Assembly (NCBI GenBank): GCA_003990765.1
Contig: RBNJ01000263.1
Span: 1-34,997, forward strand
DNA from: Jimgerdemannia flammicorona
Lineage: Eukaryota
DNA: 34,997 bases
Direction: 5' to 3'
Positions within the stretch are counted from its first letter, which is position 1. Each line of letters starts with the position of its first letter. Position numbers and translations under genes: made by a program. The notes beneath the pieces are model-generated. The model worked only from the letters and a program-made list of their open reading frames with translations. It was not told the DNA's origin and ran no database searches. Positions 24,860 through 34,997 of the stretch are shown here, piece by piece.

Positions 24860-25165
24860 TAATCCTAAAGGATAAGGATCCAGCAAGCTAGAATTTCAGT
24901 AGGTTTCTTATAGTTGAATAGCTATTTGAGGGCTATATAGTCTGTAATCAGAGTGAACCTTTTTCTGATGAGATAATACTTAAACAGGGTGACCACCCAT
25001 ATGACTACAAGGCATTCCAGTTTGGTGCTATCATAGTTCATCTGCTGCTGATTGATAGCTTGGCTTGCATAAGCTATCACATGGTGCTGCTGATCAGGTC
25101 TTTCTTGGGCTAGAACTACTTCTAGGCCATCTTTGGAAGCATCTGTATATAAGATGAATGGCTTC
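24860..25165 (-). pseudogene. Gypsy B RNase H
   Basis: PFILYTDASKDGL..VIAYAS..NYDSTKLECL..FTLITDY. Confidence 0.9.
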
Positions 25166-25278
25166 TATAGATTGGGGTGCACAAGGATTGATGTTATGGT
25201 CATGTAGTTCTTGAGTTCTTTGAAGGCTTTCTCTTATAATTCTGTCTATTTGTAAGGTACTTCTTTCTTGAGAAGGAC

Positions 25279-26050
25279 TCAGATTGGGGCAGCAATTTGA
25301 GCAAAGTCCTTAATAAATCTTCTGTAGTAGGATACTAGTATCAGGAATGATAGTGTTTCTTTCAGGGTCTTGGGTATTGGCCAATTGTTGATCTTCTCAG
25401 TTTTCTTTAGATCTGCATGAGTTTCTTCCTTCAAAACTATGAATCTAAGGAATTCAAGTTTCTGTTTTCTGAAATAGCATTTCTTAGCATTGAGCCTTAG
25501 GTGATTCTTATAGGTGATCTTGAAGAATTCCTCTAGGTAGTACAGGTGTTCTTTGAAATTTATTAAATAGATGTTGAAATTGTCCATGTATACAATCAGA
25601 CAGTGGTGAATCAAGGGGGCATAGACTGAATTCATCATCCTCTGAAAGGTGGGAGGTGCATTGCAAAGTCCAAAGGGTATTTAGAGATATTTAAACAGTT
25701 TTTCTAGAGCAAGAAAGGCTGTCTTTTGAATGTCTTTGGGGTCTATAGGGATCTCATGGAATTCTGTGAAAAGGTTCATACTGCTGAAGTATCTGGTATC
25801 TTGTAACTGATCCAAAAGGTCATCAATTCTGAGCAAAGGATAAGCATCCTTTTCAGTGGCTAAATTGAGTTTCCTGTAATCTACACAGAGTCTCCATTCT
25901 TCTTTCTTGGTACAATAAGTATAGAACTGACCCAAGAGCTAGTTGAGGGTTGGATGACTCTATTGTCCAGGAGTTCTTGAATGTACTCTTTTTTGAATAT
26001 CTTTAAGTGATGGGGTATTCTATAGGATTTCTGTTAGATGGGTATTGCAT
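25279..26050 (-). pseudogene. Gypsy B reverse transcriptase
   Basis: WRLCVDYRKLN..DAYPLLRIDDLLD..KTAF..PFGLCNAPPTFQRMMN..VYMDN (decayed YMDD)..SYYRRFIKDFAQIAAPI. Confidence 0.95.
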
Positions 26051-26608
26051 TTTCTATATTTATGCTGTAGTGGTATAATGGGTTGTATGGCAGGTTGCCA
26101 TAATCAGTGGTGAAGATATCTTGATATTTGTTAAGGAGTTCTACTAGTTGTTGCCATTGTTAAGATATTAATTCTTCTCTAATATTGGTAGAAGGCTTCA
26201 CTGTCTCCTGGGTCGCAGAGGGGCCTTTCCTTTCTTCTGGGACCTTTTGCTATTTCCTGATAAGTTTAGTTCATAAACTTCTCTATGTATTCAGTTGAGA
26301 AAAGGCACCAGATGCCCTATGATGATTCCTTTTGGCAAGATGATAGTTTCCCAACTTTAGTTGGTTACTCAGGAATGTACTTGGTTCATCTTGTCAGAGA
26401 ATGTGTGTCCTTCTATGTCTAGGTGTGGGATATCTTCATTGAGTTCAAAGAAAAGGTTTCTGGGATCGGGTGGTGTAAAGATTTTGAAGGTGGTTTGTTC
26501 TCCAGGCTCCAGGATGAGATTCTTGTACAGTTTGACTAGTTGGCAGTACACTTGCTGGAGAACATTCCTCTTGAGGTGGTTGACTTGAAGGAGATGTACT
26601 TCTTTCTT

Positions 26609-27010
26609 GTCTGAACTTCCAAATCCTTTGGCTTGTCTTGTTCCTTTGATCAGTTCAGAGACTTCTTGTAATTGTGGAGTCTTGACATTCATGAAGACTA
26701 CTTAGGCAATCTTCTGTCCTCTGATGATTTGGTGTCATTCTGTACTGCTGTTGTATAGAATAATCTTGATTTCAGCTGTGTATCCTGGGTCAATGGTTCT
26801 TCCTTCCATGGTTATTCCTTGTCTAGCAAGTCCAGACCTTGAGATCAGTTGGATATAAGTTCCTTGGGGTGGCTGCATGGCTAGTCTGGTTCTGATTATA
26901 AATGTTTTTCCAGACTTGATGGATTCATCCTCCAGACTGTGAAGATTATATTCTATATCTTTTGGGTGAGCTTTAGTCAGGAGTTTGGCCTTGAGATGCA
27001 GCAGGGCATA
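26609..27010 (-). pseudogene. dut: dUTPase domain within the Gypsy B polyprotein
   Basis: Single frame, 134 codons, with two stops. Motif I KDIEYNL (decayed xAGYDL), II SRSGLA, III GRTIDPGYTAEI, IV GQKIA*V (IAQ), V TRQAKGFGSSD. Confidence 0.92.
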
Positions 27011-28239
27011 CTGGGCAATATTCTTGCTGAGTTCAGGCTGTCCTAGGGCTGAAGTTCTACTAGCAGAGAGTCTTCAGGCTCTGAGGTTGAGGTGTGACCA
27101 TCTGGCTCTAGTAGAGGGATCTCAGAGATAGTTGATTCCTCTTCTTTCTGTAGGGTCTAGGGCTTCTATGAAGTTGGTAGTATCTTCTGCCCATCCTTGG
27201 CAGGTTGCATATCTGATAAGGGGTAGGATGTCTTCTCCTAGATCATAGATCTTGAGGATCCTTCTTTCTGGCTTCTTGGTCTGGCTTTTTCAGATCTGGC
27301 TTCTGTTATCTCCTCTCTTCAAGGTATGGATCACAAAATCATGACTGAGGTAAATCTTCTGATGTCTGCAGTCTCAGTAGTCTGAGTGTCTTCTATAGTT
27401 ACAATATCCCATTGCTCAGAAATGCTGTTTCCAGTTATTAATTTCTTGTTATCTTAGGAATCAGTATCTATCTTAATCATAAGTTGGGGGAAGAGTAGAC
27501 AAAGAATATATACTTCTATTTGGGTGAAGAGATCTTGTCCTCTGAATCAGCTTTGCAACTTAGTGGTAACTTCTTGAAAGATAGTTGACTGTATAACTGT
27601 ATTTGGGGGTTCTGGTCTCTGGGGTCTCTGTCTCTTCTATTGGTCTAGTAGATGGCACTAGTAGCAGTAGTCTTGGAGAGAGTGGAAGACCATTTGGTGT
27701 AGACATCTTCCTAGCTGAAATGCCCTCTCTTGGTGAGTTTCTTTCTTGGGAATAATGGGGATTATGCTGAGTCCTTCTTCCATATTCCAAGGATCATTGT
27801 CTTCAGGTAGTGTCCAGCAAGAGTTATCCCAGAGAATGAGTTCAGGGACCTCTTCTTCTTCAGGTGCTTCTTGTTCAGAAACTTCTTGGTCAGGAACTTT
27901 TTCCTCAGATGATTCTTGGCCCCAAATTGCTTGTACTTCTACAGCTTCAGCTGCAGGTGTTTCTGGAACATATATGCATTTCTTCTTCTTTCTACACTCT
28001 GGGCAGGCTGTGTCAGGCGAATTCCTTGTCCCAATGATCTTGGAGGAGTGCTTGGGGCACTTGTGTCTCTTGAGGCAAGCAGGGCATCCTTTAATTTCTC
28101 CTGCAATGGCTCTGATGGTAATGGAGACAGTATTCTTGGCCCATATATTATCTTCTGGTTGTCATCCACTAGGTTGATCCTGGGATTGAGTCTGGGATCA
28201 TTTCCATCTTCAGATTCTTCTTCTTTAATTGCTCATAGC

Positions 28240-28600
28240 TGGTCATCTTAACTCTGTACTTCTTGCCCCAGTAGTCAAACTTGAGTACTTGTTGTCTAAT
28301 ATCAATAACTGCATTCATTTCCTTCATCCAGTTGGTGCCAAGGATCATGTCATAGGTGATAGCTTTAGTGACAATAGCTTTTGGGATAGAGAACTGAATG
28401 TGTCCAAGAAAAATAGTGATGTTTTGTACTTCTCTAAGAGGTTGAGTTCAGACTCCATCTGCTACTATAATACTGAGGTTGGATGGTCCATCAATGGGCC
28501 ATTGGAGGGTATCCAGGAACCATTTAGCAATGACACAGACAGCTGCTCCTGTGTCTAGGAGGATTTTCACCTTTTGTCCTCCAATGTCTCCATGTAAGTA
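28240..28600 (-). pseudogene. Gypsy B aspartic protease
   Basis: GQKVKILLDTGAAVCVI..IIVADG..YDMILGTNWM. Confidence 0.92.
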
Positions 28601-29213
28601 GGTGCTAATATATCTCTCTATAGCCTGGATAGGTGTGGGTGCTGGCTCTTGCTGTGGGATGAGAACTTGGCCAGTGCTAGACCTGGTGGTCCTCAGTAAT
28701 TTGTTTTGGACTTCAGCTGGTGTTAGTTGCAGAAACTGTAGAAGGGGAACCTCCATTTTGGCTTCTTGAATCTTCTGCTAGGCTTCATTATAGATATCTC
28801 TGGGCATAGTCTTCAGGGTGTACTTCTTCTTAGGCTTTGGAGCAGTAGGCTCCCATTCTTTTTGTTCTATTTCTTCATCTTCTAATGGTAGTTTGTTTGT
28901 TTTGGAGACAAAAGGTGAGGGGGTCTGAGGAGATATTTCTATCTACTCTTCCTCATGTTCTTCATCTTCTTCTTGGATGATTCTTCTGCTGATATTCCTG
29001 GATAGCCTTCCTATAGGTCTTTTCCTTTTTTTCTGCTGGGTAAACTGTTTTCTGAGTAGTAACCTTGGTAGAATACAGGTCTAGGTCACTGTAGTCTTTA
29101 CTGTTGCTTGCTTCTTCAAAGTCTTCAATAGGATGGACTTCAGTCTTTTTGTACTGAGTATCATTTCTTCAATTTGGTGGTTCTGAGTCCCTTCAGTCAC
29201 TTCTTTTGTTGTC

Positions 29214-30115
29214 ACATTCAGTAGCATAGTGTCCAAATTATCTACAGTAGAAGTATTGGACTTGGGCTCTGTCTTAGACAGAGTATCTTCTTTCCTCCTG
29301 CTGGTAGCTCTTATTATCTCTTAGTAGATAACCTTAGCTCCTCTGGGGTGGATACCCTCTGTTGTCTTGATAACTCTGATTTTTATATGTGGTGAGTTTT
29401 TCAATCTGTCCAACCAATCAGTCTAACTTAGAGCTGAGGTCTTGAATTTCACTCCTGTTCTTCTTTTCTTCTTTGGCTGGCCTTCTTTCTTCAGATCTTT
29501 CTTGTCCTTGGAGGAGTCTTTGTAGGGCTTTGACCAGGATATCTTCCTTATAATCCTTCTTGTCATAGTCACTCCAAGAAGTTCCTTGTCTGATATCAAA
29601 GAATCCTTAGGCTGTATCTACTTGCTCTTCAGACCTTCTGATGCCTAGAGTATGAACATACTGGGTAATATTTAGAGAAATCTCATTCAAGAAGGTCATT
29701 GGACCTATGATGTCTTAGTTGGTAGTATTGAACCCAGTGGTATGCATTCTCTTCTGGATTCCTATGAAGAAGGCTCTGGGTGATTCTTCAAGATTCATCT
29801 TCATCTCTATGATAGATTCTTAAGCCTTATGGCAGATTTAATTTTCTACATATTTTTCAATAAGCCAATAGACCATGGCTATATATTTCAGCTCATAAGA
29901 TACTGCTGTATATATTTCCATTATAAGTTCTGAATGTGGGTCATTTGTTGTTTGGTGGAAAATTCCTCAGACTGGTTCTTTAAGCTGGGCTTATAGATGG
30001 CAATTTTTCTTTCATCTGAGAGATTTCTCAGGGCTGTGATTCCTTCAATTCTATCAAGGAATTCCCTCAGGCCTTCTTTCAGATATTCTGCAAAAGTTGG
30101 CAGTGAGGTGACCAT
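29214..30115 (-). pseudogene. gag: Gypsy B gag with CCHC zinc knuckle
   Basis: TSLPTFAEYLKEGLREFLDRIE..; knuckle YFYCR*FGHYATEC at 29214-29255. The A+B consensus is CFYCG(Q)FGHYATEC. Confidence 0.85.
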
Positions 30116-30653
30116 TTTATCATCACTTTCTTCTGATTCTGGTTCTGGTTTAGATTCTGATTCAGATTCACTTTCTGAACTATCACTGAAGATGGGGGTA
30201 CTTGGGTATCTTGAGGATGGTGTTCTGGATCTTAGATGAAGTGAAATGAGCCTAGGTATTCTTGTAGGGGCTACTTCCAGTTCTACAAGAGCTGGTGGTA
30301 AGGGTTCTTTGGGTGAAATTGGTGAGACTAGTATGGGGTGTCTGACTGTAAAATCTTGGGCTTGTGTAATGAGATCTTCTAGTTCTTGTACAAGTTCTTT
30401 GAGTTGTCCAACAGGGCCACCTGTGTTGTCTGGTTGATCTAGTTGGAGATTTTGGGCTATACTGGCTTCTGGTTCTAGTTAGGATTCTTTTGATATTGGA
30501 TAGTTGGTAAGTCTTGAGGTGATTACTTCTCTTCCTGTCCAGATACTAGTGATAACTGGTTCTCCTGTAGTGATAGAGATTGGTGTTGTATCAAATATAT
30601 CCAGTTTGACTGTGGGTTCTTGTGAGCTGAAAAGTCACATCAATTTTGAAGTT

Positions 30654-30671
30654 TTTCCAGTTAAGCCTCCA
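30654..30671 (-). promoter_or_regulatory. Putative primer binding site of copy B
   Basis: TGGAGGCTTAACTGGAAA, 2 nt after the 5' LTR; homologous to 12420-12437. Confidence 0.6.
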
Positions 30672-30673
30672 AA

Positions 30674-32009
30674 TGTAACATATCTGGCTCAATGGAGGCA
30701 AATTACAAGATTGAGGGTTGATGTAGTTTGGCTTGAGCCCTCAGTTACTTTGTTAAAAGCAACAAAATATTCTTAGTATTTAGTGATATAATAGTCAAAG
30801 CCAGATATCTGTGAGCAATTTTCTTATTGAGATAATTCTCTAGATATAGCAATGATTTGTATGTTTTTTCTTCTTGGTCAATAGGTAATTTCTGTATAGT
30901 ACAGAATTCTCTATGTGGTGCAGTGGGTTCCTTATGTGATTTCTGTATAATGATCTCTGTATAGCATGATGATCTTCAAAAGTATATGATTTTTGGATAA
31001 CTTAATTTGGGTACAGATTCTCTGAAATGGCTCACTGAGAATTATACTGGTGGCAGATTCTTCTGTATCAGGCTCACTGAGAACAAACTAATGACTTGGA
31101 TAGTGCAGATAGCTTGGATAACTTGGATGATACAGATAACTCAGGTAACTCAAATAACTTAGATAAATGCAGATTCTTCCTAAATCAGCAGGGTTCTTCT
31201 GAGAATATTACTCAGGTAGTGCAGATTCTTGGCAAGTTGTGTCAAAGACTGGCTTCATTTATACAGAGTTACATTGTTAGACTGGCTCTACTGCAAAAGT
31301 TGCATCAGATAGACTAGCTTGTGGTAAGGTTCCTTAAAGCGGACTCTCTAGGAATGTGGATAACTTGGAAATGGCAACAAAGTTCTTTCTTAAACTTTGG
31401 TAGCAAACTCAGATTCTTCAGGCTTATCTAGTAAGTGAACTAAAAATACAACAAACTCTTCTTTGTATCAGAAAGTAGACTGGAGTGAGAATAAGGAGAC
31501 CAATACTCAATCTTTAGAGGCTTCTTTGGTTTGTACTTCAATTCAGACTCTTCTCTTTGGATTGGAAAGTAGATCAAAGTGGAAATAGCAAAGCTCACAA
31601 TCTCCTAGCAGTAGCTGTAGAGTGGGTATTTCTCCTAAGTATTGTAATCCTTCCTGGATCAAGTGGCTTTTGGCAGGCATATCTCTCAAAGTATAATAGG
31701 CAGACTTGTCCTTTGCTTTGAATTCAGACTGAGGTTTATTCACTCTTGTCTCTGGGATATTTTATATATTGTAGTTGCTATCTGGTTACTATGTGGCTAA
31801 CTATAGATTTGCTACTTATGACAAGTTGCACAGGTCTAGTATAAATGTACAGATCTGACATAGGTATGCAGGTCTTATAAGATAAATCTTATCTGGTAGT
31901 CTGGCTATTTATAAAGTTATCTGCAGCAATGGTTGCTGTGTCTGGTTACTATACTATATATTTACATCATCTGAGTTACAATTCAAGTGGTATATTTTAG
32001 TATGTTATA
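30674..32009 (-). repeat. 5' LTR of Gypsy copy B (1336 bp)
   Basis: On the minus strand starts TATAACATA (decayed TGTAAC) and ends TGTTACA; direct repeat of 21855-23188. Confidence 0.92.
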
Positions 32010-32022
32010 ATAGATTGGGAGA

Positions 32023-34997
32023 TTCTCTCTGTTGGAGGATGGTTTTTTATGGATGGACTGGGAGGTAGAAGTTATTGGGAAGATTGGTAGGTGGCAGGAG
32101 CAGGGATTGAAGATTGAGGATTACTAACAGTGGCTGAAATCAAGTGCTCAGAGGTACTGGAGGGAGGCAGGGAAAGGAAGAAGTATTCAGTAGTAGTGAC
32201 AAGTGCAATGGGCTTTGCAGAGATTGGTAGCACTGCTGGGGAGGTGGACAGGGTCACTGGAGGATTGGGGGGAGACCAATTGGTGAATTCTGCAGATACA
32301 AAAGAAAGTCAATGAGCTAAAGAAAGTGCTATGAATGGAGAAAGAGGTTCAGCTGAAGAGGATGATGGTGAGGTTGCAGTGGTAGGGGTTGGAGGGGGGG
32401 AGAGGCCCACTAGATTTCTTTCATGGTTGCTCTAAGCTCAGAGAACCAGGCAGCAGTGAGATGGTATTTTGGATGAAGATGGGGAGATGGTGGCAAGGAC
32501 TCCTAAGATTTTGGGATTGCTGAGGACTTTTTAGAGAAATTTATGGAGTAAAGAAGAAGGGGATGAGGATGCTCTAAACATTGAACAGCAGTTGGAGAAT
32601 TGGTATCTAGACTTAGTACTGGGCCTGGAGACACTGGGAGATCCAGTGTGGGGGGAGGAGGTATACAAGGTCTTGACTTAAATGAGTAAAGAGATAGCTC
32701 CAGGAGAGGATGGTCTGCCCTGGGACTTTTGGAAGAAGATGGCTAAGGTGGAGGTGATATTGGAGAAGATGACAGTGATGAGTGGTAAGGTTCTTTGGTC
32801 TGGAACTTGGATTGGGGGCCAGTGCCTAGGGCTGGTCTCCTTGCTCTATAAGGATAAGTAGAGAAGAGATGATTGGAAGAACTGATAACTGATCATACTC
32901 CTTGACATAGACTGTAAGCTAGTGACAAAGATCTTGGTGACTAGGCTGCAGGGGATTGCTCAGCAGGTGCTAGGAGTGGAGCAGAGGGGATTTGTTAGTG
33001 GTCAGTTGATCCAAGATAGAACTGCCTGAGTTTATGAGATGATTGAAGGGGCTCAGGCAGCTGAGATTGATGGCTGGTTAGTATTTCTGGATTAGGAGAA
33101 GGCATACAACAGAGTGAGGAGGGTCTGGCTAGAGGAAGTACTGAAATATGTGAGAATTCCCCCAGAGTTCAGGAGGTCATTAATCAGTCTTTTAGAGAAC
33201 AGTCAAGCAGCATTGGTAGTAAATGGATACAGGAGTGTGACCTTTTCACTAGGTCATGGGGTGCTGCAAGGAGACCCTTTGTCATCTATTCTATATGCCC
33301 TTTCATTAGAGCCTCTATTGGACAGAATTTGGTATTGAATTGGGGGTTTGGACATTTTGGAGATTAACTGGAAGGTTGGGACTTTTGCAGATAATATGAT
33401 GGTTAGATTGAGTTTATTAGCAGATATAGAAGAATTAAGAAGGACTGTGGAATGGCATGAGAGGGGCTCAAGTGCTTGACTCAATTGGCACAAATGTCAG
33501 ACTCTGGTGCTAGGTAGCAGAATAGTTGGTGGCAATGTGATTGGAATAGTAGTTCTAGCAGAAGAACTAGTCTGGTACTTGGAGATATACTTCTTGATAT
33601 ATGGGTCCCTTCTGCCCCATGTATGATGGGAACAGCAACTACTAGTATGGGAGAATACTCTTTTGAGATGGGGTGGTCAGCATATATCCTTAGCATAAAA
33701 GGTGATGGTGCTGAATGTATATTGGCTACCAAAGCTGTAGTATGTAGGGTATCATCTGGACTTCCTAGCATGGGTGGTCAGGTGACTTCTGAAGATGGCA
33801 AGATTGTGGATTTGGGCTAGGTAGTGAAGTCAGATAGGCTTGGAGGTTCTGACTCTGCCTGTTGACAGAGGCAGGCTAGGCTTAGTAGATTTTACCAAGT
33901 GCCTATATTGTCTGAGAGTATGGTGGCTGAAGAGAGCGAGTAAGTTGAGAGGTTGGGAGTGGGTCAGAGGGTGTGGGAAGTCTGGTATTCCCCTTATGGA
34001 GCAACTGGTAACCTGCTTGCAATGGTGGCCATAGATGGAAGCAGGAGAATGTATTATAAAGGCTTTTGGTGAGAAGTGGTGGATAGTGCAAAAAGGATTG
34101 GTCTTTGGTAGAGAGGTGATGAGGGGGAGGAGGACTGGGGACTGCAGATGTGGAGATGGAACCGACTACTGCTGGGAGGTATATTGGTGGAGGATTTTCA
34201 GCTTGGCAATGGAATGGAATGTTTGCAGGGGCTAGAGGGGGATGTGTTGCCTAAAGCATGGCAAAGAGTGGAGATTGGCAAGGAGTGGGACTGGAATGGT
34301 ATTTGGTCTTGGAGCAAGCAGGTGATGCAATAGCTTCCCCTCAAGTTCTGGGTGGTATAGTGAAGGTTCCTAAGACAGAATGTGATGCTGAACTATCAGT
34401 CAGGGTACTTGGTGGTAGACAGCACATTTGAGTGTGAGGAATACATAGACATTGACCAGGAGGGAGGAGTAGTACAAATACCTAAATATTGGCTAGGAGA
34501 GTGTGAAGTTTTGGGGGAGTTTTGGTACAGTATATCTAGTAGACTGGGATTGTGGCCCCTGGTGGGGGGGGGAAGGAGGAAGATGGGGGGACCTCTGGCA
34601 AAGGTTAGTAGGTAGATTGGGGAATGAATGGTTGACCTTGGGATAGGTCCTGGTAATTTGGGTAGAGATGACCAGTCATTGGCTTTATATCTTTAAGGAG
34701 GGCCAGCAGATTACAATTAGAGCTAAGGTAGCATATTGGGAATGGTTGATACTTGACATTTTGAATGGTTGGTGGAGAGGGTGGGGACCAGGTAGGGGGG
34801 GGCCATCAGAAACTAGTGAATTATATTTGTGTAAAGAGTGGAGGGAGAGTTCAGGTAATGGGTGGTGGAATTGTCCTTTGGTAGAGAGAGATGGCAAGTG
34901 AGGAGAGAGATCTGAGGAGCATTGGCTGAAGGGTTGTGGATCCATATGTAGTATTATTTATAAAATGTATAATAATAAATAAAAGTCTGAGTGACTG
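32023..34997 (+). mobile_element. 5'-truncated, decayed L1/Tx1-type LINE (copy 2), related to 13254-19047
   Basis: Colinear with ~16048-19029 from SLLED onward. RT remnants APGEDGLPWDFW, EKAYNRV, GVLQGDPLSS, FADN; many stops and frameshifts. Window ends just before the expected poly(A). Confidence 0.92.

Larger units (their letters stand above)
21855..32009 (-). mobile_element. Full-length Ty3/Gypsy LTR retrotransposon copy B (10155 bp), dUTPase-containing, inactivated
   Basis: Two ~1335-bp LTRs, PBS, domain order gag-PR-dUTPase-RT-RNaseH-IN, and a 4-bp TSD ATAG at 21851-21854 and 32010-32013. Confidence 0.95.

Noticed and set aside
31096..31317. Antisense ORF inside the LTR (DSADSLDNLDD..)
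   Set aside because: Arises from a degenerate 9-bp repeat and is interrupted in the twin LTR near 22360.

Overview
Eukaryotic, fungal-type genomic DNA; the intron style and TE families suggest Mucoromycota, which is inference. The left ~10.4 kb is CpG-rich and holds one intact 7-exon minus-strand gene for a ~2280-aa kinesin-4-family (KIF4/KIF21/KIF27-like) motor. From ~10.5 kb to the end is a nested, C->T/G->A-decayed retrotransposon cluster with five parts. (A) A truncated plus-strand Ty3/Gypsy element (5' LTR, gag, protease). Its gag is interrupted by a full-length G-rich L1/Tx1-type LINE with poly(A) and a 19-bp TSD. Next is an unrelated solo-LTR-like segment with 35-bp tandem repeats. (B) A full-length minus-strand element of the same Gypsy family with both LTRs and a 4-bp TSD. 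Last is a second, 5'-truncated, more decayed LINE that runs to the window end. Element B is unusual: it has a dUTPase between protease and RT, a long Cys/His-rich linker, and a probable extra ORF after integrase. Both Gypsy copies sit at a CTAT target. Paired copies show near-total CpG loss plus non-CpG C->T changes.
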